A stretch of 64,000 nt of DNA from an uncultured Verrucomicrobiae bacterium (lineage in GTDB: Bacteria; Verrucomicrobiota; Verrucomicrobiia; Chthoniobacterales; UBA10450): assembly GCA_963815455.1 (NCBI GenBank), contig CAWFGO010000001.1, positions 1,088,001 through 1,152,000 of the forward strand. The letters are read 5' to 3'. Numbering within the stretch: position 1 is the first letter of the stretch; every line of letters starts with the position of its first letter. Below are positions 39,501 to 48,592 of the stretch, piece after piece. The notes below the pieces were generated by a model. That model did not search any database, had not been told where the DNA came from, and was given only the letters and a program-made list of their open reading frames with translations. The position numbers and the translations under genes are program-made.

Positions 39501-42500
39501 CGAACAGCGAGAAAATTGGCTGGCTCGAAGGAGGATTGAATCCGCTGAAGCGATAACCGGAAACGATGCGCGATCCGTCCGGTTGCCGCGAATTGCTCGT
39601 CGGCACGCCTGATCGCGGTGTGACCAGAAACGCGCCCGGCAACAGCGCGTATCGGGCGGGTAGCAATGTGTAGTTCCCAGCAGGGACTCCTTTGCTGCCG
39701 GTCAAATAAACCTGGTCGCCGACCTGCAGATTCGTGTTTACGTAACCCGGCGTTCCCGCAGCGGAATTGAATGCTCCGTAAGGAGAATAAGTGGCCTGGT
39801 ACCCAGGGATGATCGCAAAACTGTTCGAGGAATCGAGGATGTCGATGGTACCGCCGACACCGGAGTTGAATTGATAGGCGTACTCATTACCGCCGCCCCG
39901 GATGTCGATTGTCGATCCTGCCTGATCGGAAACGTTCGCGGCGGCGATGGTTACGGATTTCTCTGGTACACCGACAAGCGCGATGTCGTTTCCGGCCGGG
40001 TCGAGCCAGGATGCACCGGTCGCGTTGACGCCGAATGGAATGATCAAGCTCTTGCCGGTAATCGGATCGACAGCGGAAACAGATGTCACGCTGCCGTCGA
40101 GAAGATTGACCTGTTGAGTGATGCCAAACGGTTGGCCCGAGATTTGATTGATCGGCGCCGTGCCGGTGCCATCGAATCCAATGTTGATGGCGCCGAGCGG
40201 CGCGCGCAGAACACCGGCGTCGTTGATGGTCGCTGCGTACAGATTCAACTGGCCGCCGGCGGAAAGCGGCAGCGAACGCGTACCGCTGCCGGCGAGCGTA
40301 ATTGAATTCGCGGAAATTGTGAATTGGGTCTCAGTCGTCGGATAAATCTGTCCCGCAGTGATCGAGATATTTCCAGCGACATCGAGCGTGCCGTCACCGC
40401 GCACATCGCCCTCGTCAGCGACAAGCGTGAGGTTGCTGATGTTCTGGAGCGACAGATTCCCAACGTCGATCAAGTTGGCCGTCACCGAGACATTGCCCGA
40501 GCCCGGGGTCGCCGGGAAGTAGAACGGTGCGCTGCCAACGGTGAATGCATTGGTTGGCTCTTGCGCAGCAAAGGGCGGCCGGAACGCGGTGCCTAAGGCA
40601 ACATAAGGCGCATTGAGATTCACCACGTCGTTTGCGCGAATGACTCCGCCGAGCGCAACCACCAGGCCACGATCGGCGTTGATCGTGACCGGTCCGCTAA
40701 ACCGGACTGCACCGTTGGTCTTGGGCTTGAGCGTTAGCGAAGCGAGACCGGAGTTGTTAAACGTATCCGCAGCGAAGTAACCTTCGCCAAAGATTGGGTT
40801 GCCCAGAGTATCCACCACCAAATGCCCAATCGCGTTTTCGCCCGGGCCGTAGAATGGAGCCGGAATTGTGGGGCCGGATTGAGTGACCACCAAGCTGTCA
40901 TCCAGCGGCGTTGCAAACGTTCCAGGCGCCAGAAAACGCTCGGAGGAAATTGACAAGCTCCCACCCATCGCGCCGGGACCACCCGCAGCGCCGAGGAGAG
41001 TGGCGTCGGTGAAAAGTTCCTGCGCTCCATTGAACGTGATCGAGCCGCCATTGGAATCGACCCGGGTGGGAATAAAACGCGCGCCGCGAATTGATCCGTT
41101 AGGCGAGCGCCCGCTATAACCGGGCGCGAGATCGAGAATCCCGCTGGCGCCGGACACGTCGAGCACCGAACCGTTCTCAGCCACAATGTTGCCGGAGACG
41201 GTGATGTTGCCTCCGGCCAAAACGCTTCCTGTTCGCAGACCCAATGAACTTGGGGTGAGCAAGGTCGTTCCAGCGACCGATAGCAAACTTTCCGGACCAA
41301 GATCGATAGTCGGCAGGGGGTGTGATGCATCGTGGAAGAGGGCAACTGTAGTTCCGCCGCCGGCGATCGAGATTTGCCCCCCGGGCGAAATGATGCTGCC
41401 CAGAACTGCGGCCGTATCGGCATTGATAGATATAGTCGCGAGTGGATCGGTCTCGATGATCGCGCCGGCTCCCATTACAAAGTCGCCGCGAACGAATTTC
41501 TGATCGGTCGGTCTGATGGTATCAACAACTCCCGCCGCGCCAAAAGACAGATTCACCGGCCTGCGCACACCCTGCGGCAATATTATCGGCGTTAGCGCGA
41601 GTGTTCCCCGGCCGTTTGGGTCCAGTTGGGCAAGGAAGCTTTGCTGAACCGGCTGAATCGTTGTGTTCTCAGCAATGACGACCCCGGGCACAAACACATC
41701 CGTCTGCCCAGTCGGCGCGCCGATTCCAGCGATCGTGAAATTCGTGAATCCCCCCTGATTGAAAAAGTCCGGCGCCAAAAGGAGTGCATCGAATCCCGGC
41801 GGGGTTCCACCGATCTGGACGGAGGGCGCGAGAATGCTTAGCGATGCGCCCTTACCGCCCGAGAAACCGGACAGCGCACTATTAAGAGCAAAGTCGCCGC
41901 CGATTACAGATGGGATACTCAAGTCCTGACCGGCCCGGATCGAAATTGCGCCACCCGAGCCGTAGGTGATTTGGCCGGCGCCGCTAACCGTTACGCCCCC
42001 GGAAACGTCGATGGTGCTCCCGGGCGCGAGCGTCACGTCGTAGCCCGCGACAGTAATATTGCCTCCGTTGGCGGTATAGGTGTCCCCCGGTGGCGTTATA
42101 GCCGTAGGGCGCAGGTCGGTAATCATCCCCGCCGCACTCAGTAATGCTGTCGAGCCGAGAACCAGGTGACCGCGAGTCGGATCTGGCGGCGGCGTCATCG
42201 GATTGGGATCGATTGCCAACGCGTTGAGCGTTGCCCTCGAAATGTCATACACGTTCAAAGCGATCATTCCGCCGGGCACCGTGATCCGACCTTCAAGATC
42301 GAGATTGGCCGCTTTGATTTGAACCGAGCCGCCCACCGAAGTCGTCAAACTTACGTCCACTGGAATCGAAACGTCGCCATCGCGGTTATCGACGCTCAGA
42401 TTGCCAAATCCGTTCGCGTTCACGAGATCGGGCGAAAGAATCACTTGCTGGCGACGATCGTCGCGCAGCGGCAATGGATTGCCCATGGCATCAAGCGCGA

Positions 42501-44970
42501 ACGGATCGGCCGGAGCAAGTGAGCCCGTTCCAAAAGTGATGCTTGGCGGAAACGGCGAAATCACAAAGAACCTTGGCGGCGTGGGATCCTCGGCCTGGAA
42601 ATTTAAATTGAGCCCACTGGCAACCGGCGGCGCAGTTTGCTGACGGATGCCGGAGACTGTGTTCCCCAAAAGCGTGCCGTCGAGCGCTACCGACGGCGCT
42701 GTAATCATCAGGTTGCCGCCGTTGCCACCCTGGGTAAAGCCCGCCTGGTAACGAGTCGGCCCTGGAAGCGGACTCCAGAATCGTTCGACCACTCCCCATT
42801 TCGGGTGAAGCACGTCGAACGTGCCGACGATTCCATCGTAAGCGCGGTCCGGCGTTGCCTGCGAAATATCGTAGATATGACCGCCCGACAAAACCTGCGT
42901 CGTGCGAACGACGCCGCCTTCGAAATTAATCCAGCCGCCGGATGTATTGACGATCGCACCCGGTTGCAACACGACGGAATCGCCGGCGGTCATCGTTAGG
43001 TTTCCGCCGTTCACGGTCAGCTCGCCGACGTTGCGCTGGACGAGGTTCACGTAACCGGCAACGTCGGCGAGCGGAGTCCCAATCCAATTCTGGCCGTTGT
43101 AGGTTCCGGTGTTGAGGATGTCGATGTAAACGCTCTGGCCCCGCAGCGGCCCGTTCCGCTGCAAAGGAAAATTCGCCAGCTCAGATCCGAGGAGTTGCGC
43201 CGCGACAATATTCTCCGTTACGGATCCAGTCACAGCTTGCGACCCGGAAAGATCGATCAGAGCATCGGCGTCGAGATAAATCTGGCCGCCCGAAGCAGTA
43301 AACCGGCTGGCCTGCGCGCCACCGCTCTGAAACGAAATCCACTTGCCGGCGGAAATCGCAACATTGGCGCTGGGCGCGAACAGGATCGAATCCGAAACTG
43401 CGTGCACAGCCAGCGCCTGGATGTTCATCTGGGAAGCCAGAGCCAGCCGGATCCCTACGATGCGCTCCGGGCTGGAATACTCCGGGACAATTTGGGTGAC
43501 GCTATCCTGTCCCAGGTTAACAAGTCCGCTCGCCGTGAACAGGAATGACGGCGGATTTGTCAGGTTCTGCGTGTTCACGAACGGGACCGCATTGTAATCG
43601 CCCAGCAAATCGATCCGGCCGTTGAGTGAGACCGACGTGCTGCTGTTGATGAAACCGATCTGATTTACGGTCTTGCCGACCAGCGTGACGTTCGCGCGCT
43701 GCGCTTCGATCAATCCGCCATTCGTCGCCCTACCGGCGTAAGGCGGAATAATCGCATTCGGATCGACAACGGCACCGACAAATGTGTCGAGACCGCGCAG
43801 ACTCGGATCGTCACTGTTGTGCGCGGCGAACCCGACCTGCAGACCGCCGGCCAGAATCGTCTGGCCATCCGGTGTTGAAATGATGCCCTCGTTATCGACA
43901 TTTGCGCCGAGAAGCGCGACCCGCCCGCCGACGTGATCCTCGGAAGTCGGCGACGAGATCTGCGCACCCGCCTGGACCGTTACGTCGCCATAATGGCCGT
44001 CGGGCGTGTTCGAGGCCGGCGGGGTGAACGCCGGTGTGCCATTTACCCCGGCCGGAATCGGCAAGGCGGTGAAAAGAAACTGATTGTCGGGATTATTGAG
44101 AAGCCCGCGCGTGATCAGGTTCGTGTTAATCGGGAGCGCCGAAGCGGTCAGAGTGTGAACGTTGACCTGCGACGAACCGCCAAAGATGATTCCATTCCCG
44201 TTCATCAGGTAAACCTGACCGAGCGCGTCGATCGAGCCGAGAATCTGCGACGGAACGCCGGAGGGATCGTTGATGAAGTTGAATGCGATCCACTGGTGGA
44301 CGTTGGCGCCGCCGGCCGTTTGATCGTACAAAAGATGCGTGTCGCGGCCGATGTTGAACGTTTGCCAGTTGAGCAATGCCTGTTGCTCGGTCTGAATGAT
44401 GGTGACGTTCGTCTGGCCGCCGTTAATCGTCTGTGTGGGCAGATCGGCGCCCTGCCAGGCGGGATTCGGCGCTACCTGTAATCCGCCGATACCCAAACCG
44501 TTCGGCACGTTTGGCAATTGCTGGCCCGGATGATTCGGATCGGCCCCGAGATTGTTCGGACCGTTCCGGGCGGCCGCTCGGGCGGCCGCTTGCATCGCGC
44601 GCACCGAGTTCAGCGCCTGGGTCGTGCGGGCGAGCGTGTCGCTGCCATTCGGTGCGCCGGCCTGGACGGCCGCCGCAGTCGGATTTCCGGCCGCGCTCCC
44701 GTGCGCTTGATTGGCCGGAGTTCCGCCGCGCAAGATGTCTCCGGCCAGCAAAACGAATCGCGGCGGAACGGCGAGGAAGAACACTAGGAAAACGCTCAAA
44801 GCGATCAGCACCGAATTCGGTCGGTGCCGGTTTCGCTTGAAAACCCCAAATCCCAAACCCCAAATCCCAGGGAAATCCCAATCCACAAATCTCAAGAATC
44901 GCTTAACGTTTCTTGAAGATTGAAGCTTGATGTTTCCCCGGTGCTTGGGGTTTGGCGATTGGTGCTTCAT
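33583..44970 (-). CDS. Giant filamentous-haemagglutinin-family TpsA protein (~3795 aa) with a DUF3739-like C-terminus
   Basis: TPS domain LNWQTFNIG...SQILGSIDALGQVYLMNGNGIIFG; beta-helix G/N/T/S-rich repeats; C-terminal GILTEHGG...SRIFT...IWSSFGDIAAG...PSIISVEVIGYG; ATG at 44970 is in an ATGA overlap. Confidence 0.88.
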   Translation of the reverse strand: MKHQSPNPKHRGNIKLQSSRNVKRFLRFVDWDFPGIWGLGFGVFKRNRHRPNSVLIALSVFLVFFLAVPPRFVLLAGDILRGGTPANQAHGSAAGNPTAAAVQAGAPNGSDTLARTTQALNSVRAMQAAARAAARNGPNNLGADPNHPGQQLPNVPNGLGIGGLQVAPNPAWQGADLPTQTINGGQTNVTIIQTEQQALLNWQTFNIGRDTHLLYDQTAGGANVHQWIAFNFINDPSGVPSQILGSIDALGQVYLMNGNGIIFGGSSQVNVHTLTASALPINTNLITRGLLNNPDNQFLFTALPIPAGVNGTPAFTPPASNTPDGHYGDVTVQAGAQISSPTSEDHVGGRVALLGANVDNEGIISTPDGQTILAGGLQVGFAAHNSDDPSLRGLDTFVGAVVDPNAIIPPYAGRATNGGLIEAQRANVTLVGKTVNQIGFINSSTSVSLNGRIDLLGDYNAVPFVNTQNLTNPPSFLFTASGLVNLGQDSVTQIVPEYSSPERIVGIRLALASQMNIQALAVHAVSDSILFAPSANVAISAGKWISFQSGGAQASRFTASGGQIYLDADALIDLSGSQAVTGSVTENIVAAQLLGSELANFPLQRNGPLRGQSVYIDILNTGTYNGQNWIGTPLADVAGYVNLVQRNVGELTVNGGNLTMTAGDSVVLQPGAIVNTSGGWINFEGGVVRTTQVLSGGHIYDISQATPDRAYDGIVGTFDVLHPKWGVVERFWSPLPGPTRYQAGFTQGGNGGNLMITAPSVALDGTLLGNTVSGIRQQTAPPVASGLNLNFQAEDPTPPRFFVISPFPPSITFGTGSLAPADPFALDAMGNPLPLRDDRRQQVILSPDLVNANGFGNLSVDNRDGDVSIPVDVSLTTSVGGSVQIKAANLDLEGRITVPGGMIALNVYDISRATLNALAIDPNPMTPPPDPTRGHLVLGSTALLSAAGMITDLRPTAITPPGDTYTANGGNITVAGYDVTLAPGSTIDVSGGVTVSGAGQITYGSGGAISIRAGQDLSIPSVIGGDFALNSALSGFSGGKGASLSILAPSVQIGGTPPGFDALLLAPDFFNQGGFTNFTIAGIGAPTGQTDVFVPGVVIAENTTIQPVQQSFLAQLDPNGRGTLALTPIILPQGVRRPVNLSFGAAGVVDTIRPTDQKFVRGDFVMGAGAIIETDPLATISINADTAAVLGSIISPGGQISIAGGGTTVALFHDASHPLPTIDLGPESLLSVAGTTLLTPSSLGLRTGSVLAGGNITVSGNIVAENGSVLDVSGASGILDLAPGYSGRSPNGSIRGARFIPTRVDSNGGSITFNGAQELFTDATLLGAAGGPGAMGGSLSISSERFLAPGTFATPLDDSLVVTQSGPTIPAPFYGPGENAIGHLVVDTLGNPIFGEGYFAADTFNNSGLASLTLKPKTNGAVRFSGPVTINADRGLVVALGGVIRANDVVNLNAPYVALGTAFRPPFAAQEPTNAFTVGSAPFYFPATPGSGNVSVTANLIDVGNLSLQNISNLTLVADEGDVRGDGTLDVAGNISITAGQIYPTTETQFTISANSITLAGSGTRSLPLSAGGQLNLYAATINDAGVLRAPLGAINIGFDGTGTAPINQISGQPFGITQQVNLLDGSVTSVSAVDPITGKSLIIPFGVNATGASWLDPAGNDIALVGVPEKSVTIAAANVSDQAGSTIDIRGGGNEYAYQFNSGVGGTIDILDSSNSFAIIPGYQATYSPYGAFNSAAGTPGYVNTNLQVGDQVYLTGSKGVPAGNYTLLPARYALLPGAFLVTPRSGVPTSNSRQPDGSRIVSGYRFSGFNPPSSQPIFSLFEVASQKVVRNRAEYIDFFANAFLRQNALDRGLAVQRLPIDSGHVLFDATQTMSIFGSLLSQAPTGGRGGLVDISSPLDILIAGPGVVGNGGELVLDSSGLSGFGAESLLIGGFRGGTTSDGTPVTVTTNNITVDNAGAPLTGPDVIVVANQSLTLADNADIEAIGSLTSADSLLLGDPAVAGSGNGVLLRVSADPLAQFTRVSITSSNVPHENIGANAIISGTSVTLDSTFATSLDPTAVLSGSAVNLGSGQISIQLPDGAMPQGTSGLILSGVALENLQSVDALSLLSYSSIDIYGTGTLTAANSLALHAGEIRGFNNGGVVDFVGQTITLDNSANATVPGPVAGQNGTLQFDAATIQLGANQLNIDQFANVVLNASEKVLLQGAGGTAIQGDLTIAAPVIVGAQRASQTISATGMVDLQPLAGASPAPTSGLGASLNISGSSIADNIDIVLPSGALTLHATSGDVTVGNLSTTSIDVGGTAQTFFDLVKYTSGGQVNLVADQGSVNIGANGSINVGAQPGGGNAGILSVSTPNGSFIVDNNATLNGAGGTNGRNGTFVLDVGSLPALGSLSSILNAAAFNESRSIRVRNGDVLVDGTATSHDFNLSTDQGSITVSGTIDASGVTGGSIDLNASGSLVLPSGALLTVAAQEFDSAGKGGAVSLAAGSQINGIFDSSAVLDLQTGSTIDLSVIAIAALGDFTGSLHLRAPQLADSSDLQVNPINATIIDPSKIVVEGYKLFDLTGSGALNSTVQNMILTNGNTFVGPAGTTTGNYTAMLNRLFANNQGLVPVAIIEAGAEIINRTGDLTLGSTGSSSSSDWNLSTYRFGPNSAPGQLTLRAAGNIVFYNALSDGFDSSAYNSSLLIQNPLLPANEQSWSFHLAAGADLGAADFHQVQPMSILGPNSGSVLLGKDYGVNTVSNGGGGALTSTVAATRYQVIRTGSGDIDIAAGRDVRLLNQLATIYTAGTQVADPGLGGMFDVPVPNFAGQNAFSPLGIAQQTPAYPAQYSLAGGNITIAARGDIIHQTQIAGQVVDDSSRELPANWLYRRGFVDPSTGLFGQVTGNGTNDIGSTTWWIDFSNFFEGVGALGGGNVSLTAGHDVRNIDAVAPTNARMPGVVPNASSLVELGGGDVIVRAGNNLDGGAYYVERGHGSLVAGNEIRTNASRSPSLGNLDPIGGVLAEETWLPTTLFVGKGSFDVAAGGDLLLGPVANPFLLPGGINNSYWYKTYFSTYAASSRVTAESLTGDVNLRQTVTLNDGSILPVLQAWFDRVLLFSGNARPSWVQPWLRLDETNVTAFPTVLSLLAPAMRVTAFAGDLNVQGGLTLFPAAIGTVDLVARGGINGLQPDGVFGNADTVWIPSRINLSDADPNRLPALTTPFAYRSTLAVPSSRPLNSSSTTDFLNGLSAFFAETGSTQGAAGVLQNKQALHAPGPLHLNDPDPIHLYAGSGDISGFTLFTGKAARIVAGRDITDIAFYIQNVSIDDISLVAAGRDLVAYDPSSALRLLANAPGNLTDSPPADGDIQISGPGTIEVLAGRNFDLGVGPNNADGTAVGLVSIGNGRNPYLPFEGANIIAGAGIGISSGLSQSNLDFAAFESQFLNPNTAGDQADRYLPELGKLLGLTGATNAHIWKQFQLLPDEQQDALALDIFYLVLRNSGRDRNDPGSLNFGRFDDGFAAIAALFPESVSWRGDISLTSREIKTRNGGNIDIFAPGGQLTVGLTVGGNALDQGILTEHGGNISIFTHNSVNVGTSRIFTLRGGNEMIWSSFGDIAAGASSKTVQSAPPTRVLIDPQSADVQTDLAGLATGGGIGVLETVAGVPPADVDLIAPNGTIDAGDAGIRVSGNLNLAAVIVLNSSNIQVGGSSAGVPAVAAPNLGGLAVASNATGAASTAAQQLAGQTAPAPQEDVPSIISVEVIGYGGGEEENDDEKRKKKKKEQEQEDQPQSSADENTVRLSQLPPKKSQDGSF
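44839..44968. repeat. Imperfect palindromic heptamer-type element at the 5' end of tpsA
   Basis: gaaaaccccaaatcccaaacccc...tctcaagaa / ttcttgaag...ttggggtttggcgattggtgcttc. Confidence 0.65.
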
Positions 44971-45575
44971 TGCCCATCCGATTTGGCTCGATGATCGTCG
45001 ATCTTGTCCTTGTAATCCTGGACAAGGTTTTCCAGTTTTACTCGCGAAATACCGGTGAACGGTTCCCGTGCCGCCAGCGCGTCGCCCAATCCGAACTTTT
45101 CGTAACGGGTCAGGATCTCGTTCCCGAGGCGCCACAGCGCGAGGTTCTTTCGCTCTCGATCCTCCACTTTCCGTTTGAGAATAATGTTCTCGCCCGCCAG
45201 CCTCGCCCGCTCCGATTCGCTCTTCTTTGCATCCGTGCTCAACTGGTCGTAGGCGGTTTTCCATTTGGCCAGCGATTCTTTCGTATCGGCCAACTCCTTT
45301 TCCTGCGTCTCCGCTTTAGTGGTCAGCTCGTCGAGCTCTTTCTTGTCCTCGGCCGCCTGCTTGGTTAGAGCGTCCACCTTTGCCGTAAGCGTTTTCTTTT
45401 CCTGCTCGAACTGCGCTTTGTCGCTCAGGAGATTGTTGCGCTCCGTTTCGGCGGAACGCAGACGTTGAGTAAGCGCTTGCAACGTTTGCTTGAGCCGCGC
45501 GTCATCGGCATTGGCGTTGTTGGCAAACAAACAAATGACAACGATCAGGGCGAGGGATTGGATTTTTCTTTTCAT
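44967..45575 (-). CDS. Exported coiled-coil protein of unknown function
   Basis: Signal peptide ending ANA-D; long heptad coiled coil; EPFTGISRVKLEN near the C-terminus; stop/start overlaps on both sides. Confidence 0.8.
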   Translation of the reverse strand: MKRKIQSLALIVVICLFANNANADDARLKQTLQALTQRLRSAETERNNLLSDKAQFEQEKKTLTAKVDALTKQAAEDKKELDELTTKAETQEKELADTKESLAKWKTAYDQLSTDAKKSESERARLAGENIILKRKVEDRERKNLALWRLGNEILTRYEKFGLGDALAAREPFTGISRVKLENLVQDYKDKIDDHRAKSDGQ

Positions 45576-47462
45576 TAGAATTTGGCGTTGAAGTCGCAGA
45601 ACAAAATGTTGTTACGGAAAGGCGGGCCGCCGATCTCGTCCGCGCTGGCCCAACGCAAGGCCAGGGAAACGTGCGGAGAGAGCGCGACTGCGCCGAAGAG
45701 GTCATACCCTTTGAGGTTGGTGCCGCCGCCGCCGAAATCGGAGTCGTTAAACACGTCGGGAGTCGCGTCCGATTCGATGTAGCGGTAACTGATGCCCGCT
45801 GTCCAATCCCAGCGCTTCTCCAAGGCGGCGTGACCAACTCTCATTCCAACAATCCAGCCCACATTGCCGCCATCGAACCGTCCGGTGCTGGTCGGTTTTG
45901 GATGTGATCCCGTCAGGATGCGGTTATTGATGCCGATCGCGTTCACATCGCTCCAGTCGAACGCCGTGTTCACAATAAATTCGCCAAACAGCGTCAGGTG
46001 AACAGGATCGAAGTGCGCGTAATCGAGACTGGTGGCGATATCGAATACGCGAAATGGCGTGGCCAATCCGAAATATTGGAACTGTTTTGAGTGACCGAAG
46101 TCGTTGTCAGCCACAGGAAGAATGTTCCGAATCGGGAAATAGGTGTTCCCTTTCTGCGCGAACGATGGCCGGCTATCGTCGGTGTTTCCCTGGTCCGAGG
46201 TCGTTAGCGGAACGAACGGATCGGAGAGTTTCCCTTCGATGTTATAGAAGTGGTAGAAGGCGGCCGCGATCTTGGTGCTGAAATCCTTGTCGCAGCGCCA
46301 GTTCACACCCGCCTGGAGTCCGTAAAGGAATTTGTCTTCGCTGGAGAATTTGTCCGGCTGATTCGATGAAAAATTGAAGTCGGTGTTGAACACCGGGAAA
46401 ATACCGGCGGCTCCGAACCCGGTTATGCCATCGGCAACCTGATGCTTCCCCGTGAAAGCGAGGCCGTCCCAGCCAAGATCGACATCCCACATCAACTCGC
46501 TGACGGTGTAGAACGGGTTGTCGAACCGGCCGATCTCGCCCATGTAATCGCCCAGTTCGTTGTTGCTATAATCGTAGCGGACAAACGCGCGATCGAGCCA
46601 GATGGCGTACTTGCTGAAGTTGCCGCCCTGCCCGTTGTTGGCGACGCCGAGCGATCTGGTTGGTTGAGGTTGGCGTGCTCGATTCGCCGGTGGCGATACG
46701 AACGCCCATGGTGAATCCGTCATCCAGCGCCATCGAGGCACCGCCGCGCAGGCGGATTCGCGCCCGGTACCGATCCTCATCGACATTCAACTGCGGAGAA
46801 AAAACGATTCCCGTTACATCGTAGGGCGAGCCGGTGTTGATCGCGTTGAAATTTGGAAATGCGCCCGTGTTATCGTTGCCGGCAGGAAAGAAGGTTCCTT
46901 CGAAACGAAGACGGAGATCGGCGAAGGGCGTGATCCGCGACACCCACGTAGGAAATGTTCTCGGGTTCGCCCAGTTTTCATTACGCGCCTGCTCCATCAC
47001 GTCGGCCCGGATTTCGTCGCGTAATTGCTGCTTCACGACTTCGGGAACGTAGGAAACGCTCACCGCGTCCTCTTCGTCCGATGAGTCGGCTTCCGTTCCT
47101 CCTTCAGCCGGTGCTCCCGGCTCGGCGCCGGCGTTCGATGTCGATCTTTTTCCTTTGGCTGCCGCGCGCGCGGTGGCGGCGTCACTTTCCGCTACCTTGA
47201 TCAAATCCTCGGCGTCTCCTTCGTTGAGCAAGCCGCGCTCCACCATTCGGTGAAGCAAATTGATCGTGACATTCTCCGACGGCGTTGGCTTCGGCGCAGG
47301 CGCCACGTCGGCGACGGAGAGATTCGGCTCCGTGGCCTGGGCCGCGCTGGAGCCCGCCGCGAAAAGATTTGGGGCGGCCGCCTGTTGCGCCATGGTTGGG
47401 GTCGCCGCGCAAAAGAACGAGGCGAGGATCGTGAAGATGAATCGTTTGTTAGGTAGAAGCAT
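45575..47462 (-). pseudogene. Putative porin (Porin_5-like), +1 frameshift near 46655 (possibly a sequencing error)
   Basis: LLHRMVERGLL, DLRLRFE, RYRARIRLR; removing one base restores STNQSLG...IWLDRA; DSDFGGGGTNLKG; terminal F. Confidence 0.8.
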
Positions 47463-47477
47463 TGTGAAATGGATCGG

Positions 47478-48161
47478 TTAATGGGGACGTCGCGCGGTGA
47501 CTCGCAGCGTGATCGGTGATGGCATCCCGGGAGGCGGCGGTTCCTGCAATTGCAAGCCGGAGAGGACCTCGTTGCGCAAGGCGCTGTCGAGCGATGGATC
47601 GCCGGTCGAATCGGCGAGCTGGACCCGGTCAATTCGTCCGCTCACATCCGGCCAGACCCGCACCTTGATGCTCATGTTGGCGGTGCGCGTTTTCGGATTG
47701 CGCTGCAACGCCTGTTGAATGCGCGACTGCACCTGCCCGGCGTACCAACTCCATTTGCCGGCGTCGCCGTTGCCGCCAATGCGACCGTTCCCGCTCCCGC
47801 TGCCAAGGCCAAAGTTGTCCCCGTTGCCATCGCCTTTGATCCCGGTGCCCAGCGGCGGCTCGTCTTTTGGCGCTTCTTCCTTGGGCGCTTCTTCCTTAAT
47901 CATCGGTTCTTCGATCTTACGCTCGTCCATCTGCGGCGGCGGAGGTGGCGGCGTCATCACCGGCGGCGGTGGCGGTGGCGCGATGCTGACCAGCGTAAGT
48001 GTGTCGCGCTTGGACGATCCGCCGCCCGAGGCGAACTTCGCCATTACAACAATGCCAGCGAGCACAACGCCCGTGACAATGATCGCGATCCGGAACCGCT
48101 TTAAGAAATTCTGCGGCCGCGCCTCCGGCTCATCGTCGAACTCGTTGTCGATGTCGCTCAT
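47478..48161 (-). CDS. TonB/TolA-like energy transducer
   Basis: N-terminal TM, poly-Pro linker, C-terminal domain (YAGQVQSRIQQAL...STGDPSLD). Confidence 0.85.
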   Translation of the reverse strand: MSDIDNEFDDEPEARPQNFLKRFRIAIIVTGVVLAGIVVMAKFASGGGSSKRDTLTLVSIAPPPPPPVMTPPPPPPQMDERKIEEPMIKEEAPKEEAPKDEPPLGTGIKGDGNGDNFGLGSGSGNGRIGGNGDAGKWSWYAGQVQSRIQQALQRNPKTRTANMSIKVRVWPDVSGRIDRVQLADSTGDPSLDSALRNEVLSGLQLQEPPPPGMPSPITLRVTARRPH

Positions 48162-48559
48162 TTGCCCTGCGGTTTTGTAGCCAGCCCAATTTGCGAAATG
48201 CCAACGCGGCCGACCACGTCGAGCACATCCATCACCGCCTGGTACTGAGTAAGACTGTCGCCCCTAACGACTACCGGAAATTCCGGCGTCTGGGCTTTTT
48301 GCGAGCTCAGTCTTTGCTCCAACTCGGGGATGGTGACCGGAACAGTATCAAGAAAGATTTTCCCTTCGTTATTGATCGTGATCGCCTTGGTCTGCGGTTT
48401 GGCCAAGCTCGGTGTCTGGCTCGCCTTGGGCAGGTTCACCTTCAATCCCTGCACCGTGGCCGTGGTCATCAGGATGAAGATGACCAAAAGCACGTAAGCG
48501 AGATCCAACATCGGCGTGATGTTGATCTCATCGTATGGTTTGTCTTCCTGGATTTGCAT
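48158..48559 (-). CDS. exbD: Biopolymer transporter ExbD
   Basis: Motifs EINITPMLDLAYVLLVIFI, VNLPKA and VRGD...YQAVMDVLD. Confidence 0.93.
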   Translation of the reverse strand: MQIQEDKPYDEINITPMLDLAYVLLVIFILMTTATVQGLKVNLPKASQTPSLAKPQTKAITINNEGKIFLDTVPVTIPELEQRLSSQKAQTPEFPVVVRGDSLTQYQAVMDVLDVVGRVGISQIGLATKPQGK

Positions 48560-48592
48560 GACGCCCGGGTGGTGTCGATCTTCGGTTTCGCG

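Noticed and set aside
44971..45264. N-terminal extension of the 3893-aa ORF
   Set aside because: It overlaps the upstream coiled-coil gene in another frame; the ATGA-coupled start at 44970 is more plausible
46640..46670. Programmed ribosomal frameshift or phase variation in the porin
   Set aside because: No slippery heptamer or homopolymer tract at the site; a sequencing error is simpler
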